64,000 nucleotides of DNA from Psammoneis japonica. Its lineage: Eukaryota. Under the pieces are notes generated by a model. That model was not told the DNA's origin. It saw only the letters and a program-made list of their open reading frames with translations, and ran no database searches. Location of the stretch: positions 1 to 64,000 of the forward strand of contig QPGO01000130.1 in the NCBI GenBank assembly GCA_008632985.1. Reading direction: 5' to 3'. Shown in pieces: positions 60,513 to 64,000 of this stretch; position 1 is the first letter of the stretch, and the number at the start of each line of letters is the position of its first letter. The position numbers and the translations under genes were made by a program.

Positions 60513-60944
60513 CGCTCGTTCGACGACGTCGTCACGAAAGCGCAGCCAATGGACCCGGCAAGAGAGTCCTCAGTCCTCAGGTTGATGTAGACGTCTAGTT
60601 AGAGCATGTGGGTTCAATGCAAAGCTAGAGGCATTAATGTGGCAACAAGCAAACTCAACCCGAAGCACCGAACGATGCTGACAAAAGAGAACATTTGGCG
60701 CATGCAGGATGCGGAAGGTGCACGATTAGATTGTGCTCCTGCGCGACAAAATCGTCCCCACAGCCAACAAAGACAATGCCACACATTGACTGCCAGCGCG
60801 ACCAAACCGTAGCAGGCCCTTTTCCTCTCTGGCACTAGAGAAAGGCAAACGTTTGCTAGATGGCGAGGTTCTCTGCTGTGCCATAGCCTCGGCTACGGAG
60901 CTGGTCGTCATAATGACGTAACGAGTGCCTTGCTGCTTTTTAAG

Positions 60945-63900
60945 CTAAGCTGATGCGCATGCATCTGCGTCCTCCACTTCTTGCTGGATGCCAGAGGGGT
61001 CGACAACGATGCATTCATCGACACGTTGTGCCGACGGAAGCGATGAGTCATGAGTAGATGCGGACGATTCCTGCCGAGGGGCAAGATGGACAGAATCAAA
61101 AGGAGTCTGATGCTCAAGCACAATCGGGTTGTAGCGGTTCTGTACATGTCCTTCGCAAGTAGACATCTCCTGTTTTGTTAGCGCGGCTGACGCTTCATCT
61201 GCAGAACCTGGAGCTATGGCCTGGTTCGCAGCCGCCAATTCATTGTCACTAGAAGCTGATAAATCCGTGTGCTCTGCTGACTCTGAAGCAATGGAATCGT
61301 TCGAAGCAGCCAATTTCTTCTCACTAGAAGCTGTAGAGTCTGTGTCCTCCGACGTCTCTGCAGCATTTGACGACTCGCTCGCAGCTGCCAATTCGTTCTC
61401 GTTAGCAGACGGCGAGTCCGTGTCGCCTACAAAATCTGAAGCGATGGACTCGTTGGCACCTGCCGATTCCGCGCTAGAAGAAGAGGCCCTGGCCCTATCT
61501 TCGTCTCTCGATCCTGGAGGGTCAACGACCCCCCTCCCATTCCACGATCCGATCCATCCAAGTCTGGCCGTGGTTTCATGAGCAGGGAAATCGCCAACTT
61601 TAGCTTCCACCTTCTCAAGCAACTTCTTCTCTTCCTCAATGGTTGTGAATCTGTAGTTCAACGTAAACCACTTGTGACAACGGCATGAGCAACCCGCGCA
61701 GTAGCCACAATTCTTGCAGCAAGGGCCATTCTTGCAGGGGCAGCGCGACTGACGATTCAAGCGAAAATTTCCAGTGTGATTGGTGGTGCTGTGCCTTCTA
61801 CCGTTCAACGGATGCATCTGATCAAACCTCTTGTACCTTTCTTCCGTATGGCAGTCAACGCAAATATTATAATCCTTGTGCAAGATCTTCTCGCAACCGT
61901 CGCAGTGCATATACACATTCGACAACTCCTTTTGGCACAGACGGCAAAAGAAATCACCGTTTCCGTATGGATCAAGGGCAAACGCGTCAGGATTCTCCCA
62001 CGAGTTAGGCTTCTTCGCAACGGAGACACGGTCCGAACTAGACCTTGGGTTAGTTTGAGCCGTGGCGGTGCTCTCAGCCTCGGCGTGTTTCCCCACGACA
62101 TAACGAAGCGACGGGAGGATCCCCTTCAGTATGGTACCAGGGGGAGGAAACGCATGGGTGTCTGATCGACTTGCGCTCTTGGAGAACTGCGTCCAACTGC
62201 TCTCCGAGACTTCCATGGCGGCGGACCATTGCTGTGCCATCTGTAGAATGGAATGCTCCGGAATTGCGAGAGTTTCCTTCGACAAGTTGTTGCGGTTCAA
62301 AGCTGCACATTCCAGCATCGATACGATTTCGCGGTTGATCCCTTCGCTGGACATCCCTCGATACATCCAGTCCCAGGCTACCGAGACGCAAATTTCTTCC
62401 TTGTAAGACCCCCCAAGATCATGCAGAATCGCACCACGGAGCATCGCGTGGCAGTCCTTCTCTGGGAGCGGCGACGGCGCCATCTTACGAAAGGCGTGTA
62501 GCCTTCCCTTGTTGATATGGACAAGCTGTCCTGGTTTCAGAATAAAGACCGAGGGACAGTACCTTTGCCATACGTGTAGCGGCAATGCGGGCGCTGAAGG
62601 TGAGAGAAGCAAGCAGGAGGGCTACAATTGAAAGCAAGTACGTACCCCATTTCTCTGCACCTCTCTATCGAGTCACATTCTGGCCAAATTGGTTTTGCTC
62701 CCTGGTCGGAGAAAGTTCATGCGAGTGAGAATCGGCATTAGCAAACATACATTTTCGTGGCAATAATCCAATTCCGAACGTACCACGCCATCCCCGTGGG
62801 GGAGACCGTACAAAGCATCATACTGTCCCATGCCGTTCTTTAACGATCCACTGAGAAGGTACAGTGCATACTTTTTGTGACTCTCTGGCAGACGTCGCAA
62901 CATCACGACTTCGTTGTACCCTGAAAGACATTGATGTCCCGAATCTACCGTTCCATGTCCGTCCTGGTGAAAATGAGTAAAGGATGCTGGAGGAGTTACA
63001 TAAAGATTTGGACCCATGAATGGACGACCATTGTCATTGACCTATGCAACAGCAAAAAGCAAGTAGCGCACACGTGAGAAGCCATCGGACACTTTCGGGA
63101 TCAACTTTGTACCTGATGAACTTACAGCGTTCATCATGCAGTCCTTTCCTCCAGGAAGAATGCCAGGAAGCTTAAACTTGGACGCAAAGTTTTTGTACGC
63201 AGTTGGCAACAACTTGATAATATCGAAGTCGATCATGTACAAGACGGTGTCAATCACGTCAATAGAATTCTCCCTCCTGTCACCGTCATAAAAAGTAAAG
63301 TCCGTGTCAGCCCAAGTGCTTTCGTCACGTTTGTAAGTCCGTATATCATGCTTGCTTAGAGCATCCTGGCGCGCATCCAAATACCTAACATAATCCTCAA
63401 CTTTCATCGAAACGCACTTGTCCACTTCGTCGTACTCAACGGAACTGCAGTCTTCCTTTCGCTCGAACTTGCGAAACTTGTGGTAAACTTGCCGCCCCGC
63501 AATATTTCCAAGATGTTGGGGGTTCCACAAATCGGGATCGAGATCATCTGCAAGGCCCTCGCTAATGACAGATATGTCGTCGCGCTCCATCATTGACAAG
63601 AGAAACGCCTCATCGACCGTGCTCACAAATACAGCGCCGCTGTCTTTGTTTCGAAAATTGCCATGGAGAACTCGAGAGTCTTCATGCCATGTCCATTCAC
63701 AATGGCCAGTGCTTGGAAACTTCGGGAGGTCTGGAGGTGGAGGCAGCGGTGTCAACGTTAACTGGTCGAATTCGGACTGATCAGGAGGCAATGGTGGATT
63801 ATGCAAACGCCATGCGGTTTCTTCAACGTAGGTTTCGGAGCTTTCCGGAGAGGGAAGGCCAGCGGCGAAGTGACTAATGTCGAGAGTATGTCGCTTCGCT

Positions 63901-64000
63901 GGAAGGCACTGGTCTACGGCACTTGGATGTGATCCATCTGGCACAGTTTGAGCATCAACGGACGAAGCTCTGCGGCTCCTCGATGGAGTAGCGCGATTTT
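60945..64000 (-). CDS. JmjC-domain protein with C-terminal Cys-rich Zn-binding region (5' end outside window; at least 3 introns, e.g. 63042-63125)
   Basis: NLYVTPPASFTHFHQDGHG (HxD), LKPGQLVHINKGRLHAFR (distal His), SVAWD, then CRLCQKELSNVYMHCDGC...CVDC, reminiscent of the KDM6-type Zn domain. Confidence 0.88.

Noticed and set aside
60945..64000. JmjC gene as part of the Helitron epigenetic module
   Set aside because: It is about 47 kb away, contains introns and is unmutated, so it looks like an ordinary host gene.

Overview
Eukaryotic DNA, most likely a diatom (short GT-AG introns, a CoDi-like Ty1/copia element, an 'MSDLAPFVA' family gene). Host-gene islands alternate with transposon domains. 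Host genes: a tandem array of Cys-rich CxxC proteins, a CoA-binding protein, a PP2C with two cNMP-binding domains, duplicated RBBP6/Mpe1-like genes, a PPR protein and a JmjC protein. Transposons: a Helitron-type Rep/PIF1 element (about 1-14 kb), two decayed tyrosine-recombinase (DIRS/Ngaro-like) retroelements and a complete copia with LTRs and a TSD. Two observations stand out. (1) The Helitron Rep/helicase gene is followed by a compact block of a DOT1-like methyltransferase, a TET/JBP-like 2OG-Fe(II) dioxygenase and a SET-domain gene, plus a hairpin array; this is a candidate transposon-borne chromatin/DNA-modifying toolkit. (2) Transposon DNA, but not neighbouring host genes, has undergone heavy TpA->TpG/CpA substitution. 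Conserved and catalytic Tyr codons became Cys/His, and in the copia LTR pair TpA loss outpaces CpG decay. This suggests a repeat-targeted mutational process opposite in direction to fungal RIP. All family calls come from motif recognition by eye, not database searches.
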